Translations under genes and position numbers: made by a program
Notes under the pieces: generated by a model
Seen by the model: the letters and a program-made list of their open reading frames with translations, nothing else
The model's database searches: none
Told to the model about the DNA's origin: nothing
Shown here: piece after piece, positions 17,117-26,004 of the stretch
How positions within the stretch are numbered: position 1 is the first letter of the stretch
How the letters are laid out: the number at the start of each line of letters is the position of its first letter
Source of the DNA: a virus
Taxonomy: Duplodnaviria > Caudoviricetes
Direction: 5' to 3' (one strand)
Length of the DNA: 64,000 nt
Virus record (IMG/VR): IMGVR_UViG_3300009671_000009
Location: 96,001 to 160,000 of that record

Positions 17117-17707
17117 ATGCCTGGAAGACGATTCACAGAAGAAGAACGGAAAACAATACTGGAAGGTTGGTTTGATCCCAAGAACAGAAAAGAGATATGC
17201 CAAAAGCTACAACGTACAGAAGGTACTTGTGCGTTTGAATACTACAGGATGCTTAGAAAGCGTGGGATATCTCCCGCTGAATACAAGAAAAGTCTGCTTG
17301 ATCAAAGTGTAATTCAGAGAGTCCAAGAGAATTCCAAAGCCGATAACAAAGATTTTCTTGTGTTGCAACTGGAGAATCTTATAACTCTTATAAAACAAAA
17401 AGAACCTGTTAATATACAGGTTCTTTTACAGGAGAACTTAGTCCTGAAGAGCAAAGTTGCGAGCTTAGAAACAAAGCTCAATGAAGTGCAGTCTACGCTT
17501 AAAAGCGAAAGAGAGGCATATCAGAAAACCTACAAGGAACTCGACTACTGGCTCAATCAATACTTTAACTTGACTAGCATCGAGAAACTGGCTAGCCTTA
17601 AAGATTTCCTTCCTAGGGTCAAAACAGTTGTCGATAAATACGGCACCGTGGTGGGCCTAGTAAAAGAAGGAGATCTTCATCCGATGCTCAAGGTATCAAC
17701 TAGCTGA
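17117..17707 (+). CDS. RsfA/Myb-like transcriptional regulator with coiled coil
   Basis: FTEEE...EICQKLQRTEGTCAFEYY resembles the RsfA-family RTxxACxFRW helix-turn-helix. C-terminal coiled coil. Confidence 0.55.
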   Translation: MPGRRFTEEERKTILEGWFDPKNRKEICQKLQRTEGTCAFEYYRMLRKRGISPAEYKKSLLDQSVIQRVQENSKADNKDFLVLQLENLITLIKQKEPVNIQVLLQENLVLKSKVASLETKLNEVQSTLKSEREAYQKTYKELDYWLNQYFNLTSIEKLASLKDFLPRVKTVVDKYGTVVGLVKEGDLHPMLKVSTS

Positions 17708-18406
17708 CCAGCACGTATCATGGTAATCGCACCACTTACATTCATAGCTGCTCTTGATGTATTCACGTCGAGGCAGCTCTTTTTTTGTAACGCAATCGTT
17801 CACCATGACAACCTTTTCGAGGAGACGTTTTCCAAACTCGGGATCATAATCAACCAGGAACTCTAAAATTTCCTGGTTATTTTTATTCTCGATAAATATT
17901 AATCCATAAGGTATCTTGAGGAGTTCCATGTATAACTGAATCTGAGCATAGTAATCAGGATTAGGTTCATTGCTCTTGACCATCTGGGCAAACTTCTTGT
18001 CATTAGCACTTTTTAGCTCAACAATGGCAACATCATCCACGCCAGGTATAATGTCTTTAGTCGTAATGATAGAATCCAATCTCCCAGATATTCTAAGCTC
18101 AGGAACCTTAATAGGAAACTCATTTGCTACAAGTATCCCCATTTCTTCAAACCATGTCTGATACCTTTCATGCATTGAATTGCCGTTCTCCATTATCCGT
18201 ATAAGTTTCGGCTCTTTTGGAGGTTTTGGATATCCAAGCATATCATACACTATGTAACGTGAACATTTGTTGGCACTAGAGGGATAGAATCTTGGGCCTT
18301 CCAGCTCTGTCTTCTTCGCTCTTTCGACGTTAGATTTAGCATCCTTGTCTAATAAGTGGCTTGCAATTTTAGCAGCTAATAGTTTTTGTGAAATTATCAT
18401 AATCAA
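17696..18406 (-). CDS. Cas4/AddB-like Fe-S PD-(D/E)xK exonuclease
   Basis: PSSANKC, GNSMH, GRLD...VELKS, QIQLYM and C-terminal CKWCx5C. Confidence 0.8.
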   Translation of the reverse strand: MIMIISQKLLAAKIASHLLDKDAKSNVERAKKTELEGPRFYPSSANKCSRYIVYDMLGYPKPPKEPKLIRIMENGNSMHERYQTWFEEMGILVANEFPIKVPELRISGRLDSIITTKDIIPGVDDVAIVELKSANDKKFAQMVKSNEPNPDYYAQIQLYMELLKIPYGLIFIENKNNQEILEFLVDYDPEFGKRLLEKVVMVNDCVTKKELPRREYIKSSYECKWCDYHDTCWSAS

Positions 18407-18528
18407 TATCTTCTCCTTATAGATATTATTATATGCGTTTCATTGTTAGTCAACGAATAAATTTCATAGAAAAGAATAGAATAAATATGGGCACTATCCC
18501 CTTTGTCCAAGACAAAGGTGCCCAATAG

Positions 18529-18558
18529 AAAAGCCAGGGTCGGGTCACCCTGGCTTTT
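18529..18558 (-). terminator. intrinsic terminator ending the glycan operon (possibly bidirectional)
   Basis: AAAAGCCAGGGT-6 nt-ACCCTGGCTTTT, overlapping the GT2 stop. A second hairpin lies at 18488-18524. Confidence 0.65.
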
Positions 18559-19273
18559 TAAATGTAGCTAACTGAGCTAAGTTCATAATGTGATCACAAC
18601 ATACAGACGTGTTTGCCCATATGGTAAATCTCTTAGCTTTAGCGTCTTCGCAGAATGTTATGTCTTCACCTTGACGATGGTATCCATACCTTACTCCAGC
18701 TTCTAATACTCTCCTAGATATGAGATAAACTGCCCCCGTAACATCGCACTTAAATAGAGAGTTCTTTGGAAAATCAAAATAATGTCTTATAGTACCAGCT
18801 TTGTTCTTCATGAGTATATTAGGATATCTTTTGGAAGCATCATTCCATATTTGTGCTGCAACAATATCTTTATCTGATTTCAAAAGTTCATTAAGAGTCT
18901 CAGGTTGAACCAATATATCAGAGTCAACACTAAACAGGTAATCTGCTCGTGAACGCAACGCGGTGTCTAAGAACTTGTTCCTAACAATCGATAGCGTATG
19001 ATAGATTTTTTCTCGAACGTAATGAGTACGCTCATCTGGGATTTGTCCTTGGTTACAGTGCACAACAATTGTTGAGCTGTATTCTTCTCCATATTCTGCA
19101 AGCCATTTATTAATGATGCTTTCTGAAGCATCTCTTGAATCGTTAATCACGAAACAAAGAATGATCTTTTTTTTATCATAGTTAAGATTATAGATGTGTT
19201 CCAGATAAGTTGGTAGTATCCATGCCCTATCTCTGACGGGTGCCCCCACCATAACTGTAGGTGTCTTATCCAT
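18545..19273 (-). CDS. GT-A fold glycosyltransferase (family 2-like)
   Basis: VGAPVRD, NDSRD, DxD motif VDSD and GEDITFC. Confidence 0.8.
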   Translation of the reverse strand: MDKTPTVMVGAPVRDRAWILPTYLEHIYNLNYDKKKIILCFVINDSRDASESIINKWLAEYGEEYSSTIVVHCNQGQIPDERTHYVREKIYHTLSIVRNKFLDTALRSRADYLFSVDSDILVQPETLNELLKSDKDIVAAQIWNDASKRYPNILMKNKAGTIRHYFDFPKNSLFKCDVTGAVYLISRRVLEAGVRYGYHRQGEDITFCEDAKAKRFTIWANTSVCCDHIMNLAQLATFKKPG

Positions 19274-19275
19274 AT

Positions 19276-20382
19276 TTAAGCAGCTCCACTTTTAAGATAT
19301 TCTAGCACAAAATCTATAATTTTCTCGCTAGCATGTCCATCCCCATAGGGACTTACTGCCTTAGCCATTTGTTCATACTGAAATGTATTAGTAAGCAAAC
19401 GGGCTGCCGTTAGGCCAAAGGCCATAGGGTGGCACAATCTCGCAACCCCTGCTTTAATTCCCTCTGTTCTCTCTGTGCTTTCGCGTATAACAATAACAGG
19501 TTTTCCAAGCGAAGGAGCCTCTTCTTGTATTCCTCCAGAGTCAGTAATAACTAACTTACATCGCGCCATTACATGGGTTAATTGTCGATAATTCATAGGA
19601 GTAGTGAGCATTATCTTAGAGTGATTGGATAATTTCCTATATACCATCTCTTTTACGTTTGGATTCGGATGTACAGGGAAAACAATATAACACCCAGTAC
19701 TTCTAACTAAATCTAATATCTCATTACATATCTGTTCTATATACTTGAAGTTTTCGCGCCTGTGCGCCGTAACTAAAACAATGTCGCCCTTTACGCCGTC
19801 AACAGGACAGACTTCTGAGTCAGATGAAGTATTGACAACATCAAGAAATGCATCTATACCGGTATTGCCAGTAACAACAATAGTTTTTTCGGGAATTCCT
19901 TCTTTGATAAGGTTGTCGCGCGACTCTATTGTTGGAGCAAAATGATGCATTGCTAATGGGGATATCATTCTCCTGTGAGCTTCCTCTGGGAAAGGATCAT
20001 AACGATACGTCCTAAGACCGGCTTCAACATGTCCAATCGGAATGTTTCTATAAAATCCAGCCAATGCTCCGAAAAATGCTGAAGAAGTATCTCCCTGTAC
20101 CAAAATATAGTCAGGTTTTTCTGTCACGATAACGTCATCTAATCTAGTAATAAGTCGTCTCCCAAGCATAGCAAGGCTTTGGCCATGCATCGTACCTAAT
20201 ACATCAAGGTCGTAATCTGGTTTGATATGGAATACATCAAGAGCAGACTTAAGCATTTCTGATGAATGTTGCCCAGTGGATACTGTGACCACGCCAATCT
20301 TGCGTTTCTTTAGTTCTTTAATAATAGGCGCCATTTTTATTGCCTCTGGCCTTGTGCCAAATACTGCCATTATTCTTTTCAT
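19276..20382 (-). CDS. wecB: UDP-N-acetylglucosamine 2-epimerase (non-hydrolysing, WecB/MnaA)
   Basis: FGTRPEAIKMAP, TGQH, VQGDT, HVEAGLRT, TDSGGIQEEAP and PYGDG. Confidence 0.95.
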   Translation of the reverse strand: MKRIMAVFGTRPEAIKMAPIIKELKKRKIGVVTVSTGQHSSEMLKSALDVFHIKPDYDLDVLGTMHGQSLAMLGRRLITRLDDVIVTEKPDYILVQGDTSSAFFGALAGFYRNIPIGHVEAGLRTYRYDPFPEEAHRRMISPLAMHHFAPTIESRDNLIKEGIPEKTIVVTGNTGIDAFLDVVNTSSDSEVCPVDGVKGDIVLVTAHRRENFKYIEQICNEILDLVRSTGCYIVFPVHPNPNVKEMVYRKLSNHSKIMLTTPMNYRQLTHVMARCKLVITDSGGIQEEAPSLGKPVIVIRESTERTEGIKAGVARLCHPMAFGLTAARLLTNTFQYEQMAKAVSPYGDGHASEKIIDFVLEYLKSGAA

Positions 20383-20392
20383 TATATGTTAC

Positions 20393-20485
20393 CTACTTGT
20401 TTAAGAAGTTCTGCAGTTCTCTCGCCAGACCTTCCTCAATCTCTCCGTACAGTCCGCCAATACGGACAAAGTTAATAGACTTCAT
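20393..20485 (-). pseudogene. 30-aa ORF resembling the N-terminus of the neighbouring TagF-like proteins
   Basis: GGAGG RBS. MKSINFVRIGGLYGEIEEGLARELQNFLNK compared with KKINLLAVGGPYEKII and MKPINFV. Confidence 0.45.
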
Positions 20486-20487
20486 GC

Positions 20488-21390
20488 TTAAATGCTTCCT
20501 CCCGCTAGTTTTAGTAGCATGCTGGCACTTTCTTTTCCAGATTTACCTCGTAATTTTTGTGGGAAAATATCTTCTATGAAATCTTGTGTTGTCTTATCTA
20601 TGCCTTTCTTGTATGCCAACCTAACAAGTTCACATAGATCCTTCATGTTTGTTGCATGGTAACCGATTTTATTTTTATATATATAATCTTCGAAAGAATT
20701 GTTATAAGTTTTCTGTATGTAGTCTTTAACAAGCCAATCTGGAAAAACAACAGGCTTGCCTAAAGACCATGCTTCATAAATGATGCTACTACAATCGCTA
20801 ATTACAACATCTGCATTTGCTAATCCTTGTAGCGTAACTACACCTTTAGCGTTAGCTGGATGCAAAGATGTTATGGTTTTAAACTCTTTAGGCATATTTC
20901 CAAGTAGTTGCATAAAGTTAGGATAAGCTGATGCACCTTTCCTGCTAGTCCATCCTGGTAAGTTATGTGTGGGTGCATATAACACAACAGGCTTATCGCT
21001 GCTTTCCTTAACAATCTCTCCTTGAAAAATAGGGTCTAGTTTTGTATATCCAACAACTAGAATTTTGCTTTTATTTAACCCTTGGCGGATCATTTTGTTT
21101 ACCCACGATGGTCCTGAAACACAAACGTAGTCAAATACTTTTACTTTACTAGCGTTTCTCCAATTCTTATCTGCTATCCCATGAGAAATAAAAACATTTG
21201 TACCCGTCACATTGATCTTCTTGAAATAATTTATGGGGTCTAAAAAGAAATGCACATTAATTGCATTCTTCATGCAATCGTTCGTTTCATAAAACTCAGG
21301 CAGGTATTTTTCGATAGGATCAATTAAGCTTCTAACTACACCTAGGTAGAATGCGCCTGTGTTCTTCATAACGAAATTAATAGGCTTCAT
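20488..21390 (-). CDS. TagB/TagF-like CDP-alditol phosphotransferase
   Basis: SHGIADK, GYTKLD, VLYAPTH, LHP and ADVVISDCSSIIYE. Confidence 0.75.
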   Translation of the reverse strand: MKPINFVMKNTGAFYLGVVRSLIDPIEKYLPEFYETNDCMKNAINVHFFLDPINYFKKINVTGTNVFISHGIADKNWRNASKVKVFDYVCVSGPSWVNKMIRQGLNKSKILVVGYTKLDPIFQGEIVKESSDKPVVLYAPTHNLPGWTSRKGASAYPNFMQLLGNMPKEFKTITSLHPANAKGVVTLQGLANADVVISDCSSIIYEAWSLGKPVVFPDWLVKDYIQKTYNNSFEDYIYKNKIGYHATNMKDLCELVRLAYKKGIDKTTQDFIEDIFPQKLRGKSGKESASMLLKLAGGSI

Positions 21391-21394
21391 CTGG

Positions 21395-22021
21395 CTATAC
21401 ACCTCTTACTCTGATGTTTTGACCATCAATCAAATCACCGTTGTCAACTAGAAAGGAAACTATATCTGCTACATCTTCAGGTTGCATGATACTTGTTTGA
21501 TCTTCATCTGGAGCGAGCTTCTTCCTAAGTGCAGTAGCACACCTTCCAGGAGAAAGACAATATACTTTGATACCATAAGGACTTAGTTCCTCTGACATTG
21601 TTGCAGAAAAATTAATCACGGCTGCCTTGGCTGCAGCATACGCACTCCAACCAGGTTGCGCCCTCATTCCTGCGGTAGAAGCAATATTGATAATCTTACC
21701 TCCGACGTTCTTAGCATGTTTGACAAATTCACGCGTGCAAAAGAACGTACCGCTTAGATTGGTATTAATGGTTTGATACCATTCCTCGTCTGTTATTTCA
21801 AGCAACCCTTTTGGCTCTACGAATCCTGCACAATTAACAAGCACCGACGGAATTCCGTGAAACTTGACTATCTCGCTGAATAAGAAACTTACATCCCAAG
21901 GACTGGTTACATCAAACCCAGCTGATCTTGATAAGTTCCACACTTGATGTGTCTCTGACAATTTTTTAGATATAGCAAGACCTATGCCGCTACTGCCTCC
22001 TGTTACAACCGCTATCTCCAT
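21395..22021 (-). CDS. short-chain dehydrogenase/reductase (putative pentulose-5-P reductase)
   Basis: TGGSSGIG, NCAG, NIAS and YxxxK (YAAAK). Confidence 0.9.
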   Translation of the reverse strand: MEIAVVTGGSSGIGLAISKKLSETHQVWNLSRSAGFDVTSPWDVSFLFSEIVKFHGIPSVLVNCAGFVEPKGLLEITDEEWYQTINTNLSGTFFCTREFVKHAKNVGGKIINIASTAGMRAQPGWSAYAAAKAAVINFSATMSEELSPYGIKVYCLSPGRCATALRKKLAPDEDQTSIMQPEDVADIVSFLVDNGDLIDGQNIRVRGV

Positions 22022-22649
22022 AAAGAATCGCCTCCGCTAATCTGAAGTCCAATGGTGTTGTTATTTTAATGTTATGCTCTAGTCCTTTTATAACTGCAGG
22101 TGAAATCCCGAATACATCTTTGAGTAAACTTGAATCATCAGTATAAGTCTTGTCAGCTAAAAAGTGTGCTCCAGACAATATTCTTCTGTCGAACACTTGT
22201 GGAAGTTGTACATTAAATACTGTATCCCGCGAAGGGAACAGTTCCGACGATGTATCATACAATGTAAAGTTCAAACTTTCAATTGGAATTACTGCTGTGT
22301 CGTCTATCGACAATAGTTCGCGCACATGTTCCTTTGTTATAAAAGGTCTAACAGCTTCGTGAATTATGACTCGGTCTGTTTGGCAATAAACAAGAGCATT
22401 CTTAACAGATTCTTGTCTGGTGTCTCCGCCTTCGATAACGACTGCCTTTGATATTTTATATTGATCAATATATGTCTGTACTCTATTGTCCCTAGACGCA
22501 ACAATAATCCGCGATATCTCTTCCATAGACTCAAACAATTCTAATGGATAAACCACAATAGGTTTGCCGCCCAACAGGTAAAACTGTTTTGGATATGATA
22601 GCCCCGATCTCAAGCCTAATCCTGCAGCAAGTAAAATAACATCAAACAT
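21990..22649 (-). CDS. IspD/TarI-family cytidylyltransferase
   Basis: LLAAGLGLRSG..PKQF, GGDTRQESV, IHEAVRPF, VQLPQVF and NIKITTPLD. Confidence 0.9.
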   Translation of the reverse strand: MFDVILLAAGLGLRSGLSYPKQFYLLGGKPIVVYPLELFESMEEISRIIVASRDNRVQTYIDQYKISKAVVIEGGDTRQESVKNALVYCQTDRVIIHEAVRPFITKEHVRELLSIDDTAVIPIESLNFTLYDTSSELFPSRDTVFNVQLPQVFDRRILSGAHFLADKTYTDDSSLLKDVFGISPAVIKGLEHNIKITTPLDFRLAEAILYGDSGCNRRQ

Positions 22650-23514
22650 TTGCTATACTCCTTAGAAGTGAAGCAGTCTCTGCTCCAGATTTGCCTCTCA
22701 AAGAAGAAGGTAATATACCTTCCATGAACTTGGTAACAGCAGGAGAAAGAGAATTTCTTAAGCCGTACGTTATCATTCTCATTAGTTCGCTTTCGTTGTT
22801 GGCATGCAGGCCGAGCCTGCCATTGAATACTTGAGATTCAAGGCTGGATCCTCTGACCAAACTGGGCCTTAATAGCCATGAAGGGAATACTACTTGTTTA
22901 CCTAAAGCCCATGCTTCATATAATGTACTTCCAGAGTCCGCCACAACAACGTCGGCATTTACTAACTTTTGCAAGGTCGGTTCATGATTATCGCTGTTAG
23001 CTGGATGCAGGGAAGTAAGAACCTCATACCCCTTCTTGGTGAGCATCTCAAAAAATCTAGCAAGGTGAGGATAACTAGACATTTTAGGATTGGAATTGTG
23101 GGTAGGTGCCCACAGTATTCTTTTTTTGGCCGAGGGTGTTTTAACAATCTTACTTTGAAATATAGGATCAAGCTTTGCATATCCGTTAACTAGAATTTTG
23201 TTTCTAGGGATGCCGTCTTTCAGCATTTTATCTACCCATGTTGGCCCAGACACACAAACATAGTCAAATCTTGATACGCTGCGTCCATCTCTATATCTCT
23301 TATCTGCTATACCGTGAGACATAAAAACCATAGTTCCAGTTTCTCTATACAACCAATTTTCTACAAAGAAAGTAACATTGATTGCATCAGGCTCAGGAAC
23401 AGTAGTCACGGTCGCTTCTGGCAAATGTTCTAAGATTGGATTAATCATGCTTTTGATTATCTTTTCATACGGCCCACCGACAGCAAGCAAGTTTATTTTT
23501 TTCACAGTGCTCAC
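22642..23514 (-). CDS. TagB/TagF-like CDP-alditol phosphotransferase (paralogue of 20488-21390)
   Basis: SHGIADK, GYAKLDP, ILWAPTH and ADVVVADSGSTLYE. Confidence 0.75.
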   Translation of the reverse strand: MSTVKKINLLAVGGPYEKIIKSMINPILEHLPEATVTTVPEPDAINVTFFVENWLYRETGTMVFMSHGIADKRYRDGRSVSRFDYVCVSGPTWVDKMLKDGIPRNKILVNGYAKLDPIFQSKIVKTPSAKKRILWAPTHNSNPKMSSYPHLARFFEMLTKKGYEVLTSLHPANSDNHEPTLQKLVNADVVVADSGSTLYEAWALGKQVVFPSWLLRPSLVRGSSLESQVFNGRLGLHANNESELMRMITYGLRNSLSPAVTKFMEGILPSSLRGKSGAETASLLRSIANV

Positions 23515-23517
23515 TCC

Positions 23518-24165
23518 TCATAGTCCACTTTGCTTCACTAGGTTTGTCACCGTAGTATGCATGTAGTTGTTTGTTTGACTTACAACAACATTGCCCACTC
23601 TCTTTTCAGGCGATAAGACAGCTAAAGCAAGACCCCCTACGTATGTATTTCTAAAGAGATCTCCAGTTACAAAGTCTGTTTCAATTTTATGTACATGTGG
23701 ATTGCCATTCCAGTCGGCATCCACAAAGGCTTGCCTGGTTTCTGGATACCACGAATCATGTCCCATAATTATCATGTCATGGTTTACATGTAACTTAAGC
23801 AGGTTATTAATATCTGCCAATACTGTTTTATAAGAATGATCTCCATCAACCATTGCGAAATCAACACATACACCGTTGGTATTTAACTCGGATACCAAAG
23901 CTGGCAATGTCTCTTTGGAATCGCCTTCAATCCATTTAGCATTTGGATATAAAGACTTGTCAAGGTTTGAATGGTTTATATCTAAAGAATACACTGTATC
24001 AAAATTTCGGCATAAAACTCTAAGGAACCCACCCTTGTAGCTTCCAATTTCTATTGCTACTTTCTTCCTGGGAATCTTGTTAAATAAATAGAAGATTGTC
24101 ATCCTCTCAGCAAAGCTCATCTGCCATAATATATCTTGCGTAAAGATCTCATTTATATCTATCAT
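23518..24165 (-). CDS. class I SAM-dependent methyltransferase
   Basis: IEIGSYKGG, EGDSKE, VDGDHSY and GHD. ATG at 24165 coupled to the upstream TGA. Confidence 0.8.
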   Translation of the reverse strand: MIDINEIFTQDILWQMSFAERMTIFYLFNKIPRKKVAIEIGSYKGGFLRVLCRNFDTVYSLDINHSNLDKSLYPNAKWIEGDSKETLPALVSELNTNGVCVDFAMVDGDHSYKTVLADINNLLKLHVNHDMIIMGHDSWYPETRQAFVDADWNGNPHVHKIETDFVTGDLFRNTYVGGLALAVLSPEKRVGNVVVSQTNNYMHTTVTNLVKQSGL

Positions 24166-24812
24166 TGAACCCTTATCCTTTCCTGAATCCGTGTACCTGG
24201 AAGCCAACTTCCAGCAAACATATGATAAGTGTAAGCTTCTGGAGTCACTATAGGTTGTAGCTTGGCATGGTTAAAACTGCAAAAGGTACTTACTGGAAAT
24301 ATGACAACTCCGTCCTGCAAGTAAATTCTACCGTTCTCTTTTTTAATCATTAAAGGCCAAGAAAGGTCTGTGATCAGTTTGGTATTTGGCGATACACGAT
24401 GCGGATCAAAATCGGTACTATCATAGTAGTCAAGCATTGTCTTTACCCATGGGTGCCCAAGTTCGCTACCCATGGTGGCGGTAACCCAAAGCTTTTCTGT
24501 CTCACATCCAGTAAATGCCCGAAGCGATAAAAACCCATCTAAGGGTTTAACCACTTCTACGTCAGAGTCTAGATAGATTCCTCCTTCGTTGTACAGCGCC
24601 CACATTCTTAGATAATCAGTTACAAATGCAAACTTCTTGGCATCGTATGCTTTTTTAGCATATGGATGAGCACTAAGATCAAAGTTCTTTTCGTTCCACT
24701 CTTTAAATACATACCCGCGGAGGTGTCTTGACCAGCTACTTATGCATCTCTGTATCAATGGAGACTTTGGAGCTGAACCGAACCAGCAAGTATGAACGAT
24801 TTTAGGAATCAT
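24162..24812 (-). CDS. DXD sugar-binding glycosyltransferase (GT32/Och1-like)
   Basis: MIPKIVHTCWFG, FVTDYLR, GGIYLDSDVE and HMFAGSW. Confidence 0.9.
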   Translation of the reverse strand: MIPKIVHTCWFGSAPKSPLIQRCISSWSRHLRGYVFKEWNEKNFDLSAHPYAKKAYDAKKFAFVTDYLRMWALYNEGGIYLDSDVEVVKPLDGFLSLRAFTGCETEKLWVTATMGSELGHPWVKTMLDYYDSTDFDPHRVSPNTKLITDLSWPLMIKKENGRIYLQDGVVIFPVSTFCSFNHAKLQPIVTPEAYTYHMFAGSWLPGTRIQERIRVQ

Positions 24813-25600
24813 CTGACCACTCTCCTATATTCATCAGCCCATTTGTTCCAGATCTGATAGAAGGGAGCTTTAGTGCTACCAGTCCACGGTTTAGTTTCTT
24901 TAGATCCAGCAAAGTGCATTATCTTTATATCCTCTGGCTTGATACCAAGTCCTGTAGATAAAGATACGTTATATGCAAGGTCTACTGTCTTTACCCTGCC
25001 TTTGCATGTCATGTTTATGACGTCCTGATCATGACAGCCATAAAGCTTGGCATTTATTTCTTTTAGCCATGTGTCACATAAGCTGAGATTTCTTATCTCT
25101 TTCCAGTTAAAAAGCATTACGCCTGCGTTGAGGTATGGATCTTTTTCTGTAAGACCTATGTTGTATAACATATATTTGTATTGTGGTAAATATATTCCAC
25201 TATCAATTACTCCTGCAATCAAGTTATCTTCAAGATCCATATTAAAGAAATCGGACAGATTCCCATTGACTATTGCATCCGCATCGATATAAAGAATTCT
25301 ATCGTCTGTAATTATCTTGGGTAGTACTAGTCGATATAGGGTATATTTTGTAAACCGCCCGTCAACATTAACGGTACTTGGAACAAACTCATTATACAGT
25401 TTTTCTACATTTAAGTATATATACTCATAGCCTTCACCGAAGGTTTTTTGAACTTTGGAAAATTCATTCAAAGTAGATTCACTGAGGAGATCAGAAACCA
25501 AGTACACCTTGACAGGCGCAGGATTGTTTTTGAATATCGCGTATAACTCAACTGCTACTGCTTTTGCCCAGTCTTCGCTAAACACCAATACAATGTTCAT
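24809..25600 (-). CDS. glycosyltransferase family 8
   Basis: YRLVLP, LYIDAD, YLNAGVML, HDQDVIN and HFAG...KPW. Confidence 0.9.
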   Translation of the reverse strand: MNIVLVFSEDWAKAVAVELYAIFKNNPAPVKVYLVSDLLSESTLNEFSKVQKTFGEGYEYIYLNVEKLYNEFVPSTVNVDGRFTKYTLYRLVLPKIITDDRILYIDADAIVNGNLSDFFNMDLEDNLIAGVIDSGIYLPQYKYMLYNIGLTEKDPYLNAGVMLFNWKEIRNLSLCDTWLKEINAKLYGCHDQDVINMTCKGRVKTVDLAYNVSLSTGLGIKPEDIKIMHFAGSKETKPWTGSTKAPFYQIWNKWADEYRRVVR

Positions 25601-25602
25601 TA

Positions 25603-26004
25603 TTATTTCTCCTTGCTGCGTAGTGTATCTTTTCTGCCTGACTTAACAATCCTCATTTTTATGTACTCAACAGAAAGCTCTTTGGTGTAATCGATACATA
25701 TAAGAGTAATACCAAGCTTCTTACAGAGTTCTTTTTTGAGACGGTCACAAGTCTTCAGATATTCAAATTGTTTTTTGTTTTTGAAGAAAAACTTGGAGTA
25801 CCTGCTATGTTGTTTGCCCTGATGCTCAAAGGCAATCTTGAGATCTGGATAGTAAATGTCTAATTGGAGGGGCTGTTTCTTGGGGCTGACAAGAAAAGAA
25901 TAGTAACCATTTCTAATATAATATTCTCCAGGATAGATTTTCTCTAAGATTTTGAATAGTCTACCTTCTCTGACGGGTTTAACTCTTTTGCTCATTGGCT
26001 TCAC
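25603..26004 (-). CDS. Vsr/DUF559-like restriction-fold endonuclease
   Basis: LQLDIYYPDLKIAFEHQGKQH...DRLKKELC...ITLICI. Confidence 0.7.
   Translation of the reverse strand: MKPMSKRVKPVREGRLFKILEKIYPGEYYIRNGYYSFLVSPKKQPLQLDIYYPDLKIAFEHQGKQHSRYSKFFFKNKKQFEYLKTCDRLKKELCKKLGITLICIDYTKELSVEYIKMRIVKSGRKDTLRSKEK

Noticed and set aside
17028-17312. 94-aa ORF overlapping the RsfA-like gene
   Set aside because: It is an alternate-frame shadow that spans the promoter and lacks an RBS. The 17117 ORF has AGGAGG.
17696-18406. CRISPR-Cas locus
   Set aside because: Only a solo Cas4-like nuclease is present. No cas1/cas2 or repeat-spacer array was seen.
21990-22649. IspD as an MEP isoprenoid auxiliary metabolic gene
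   Set aside because: Its context between TagF-like genes and an SDR favours CDP-alditol synthesis. No other isp genes are present.
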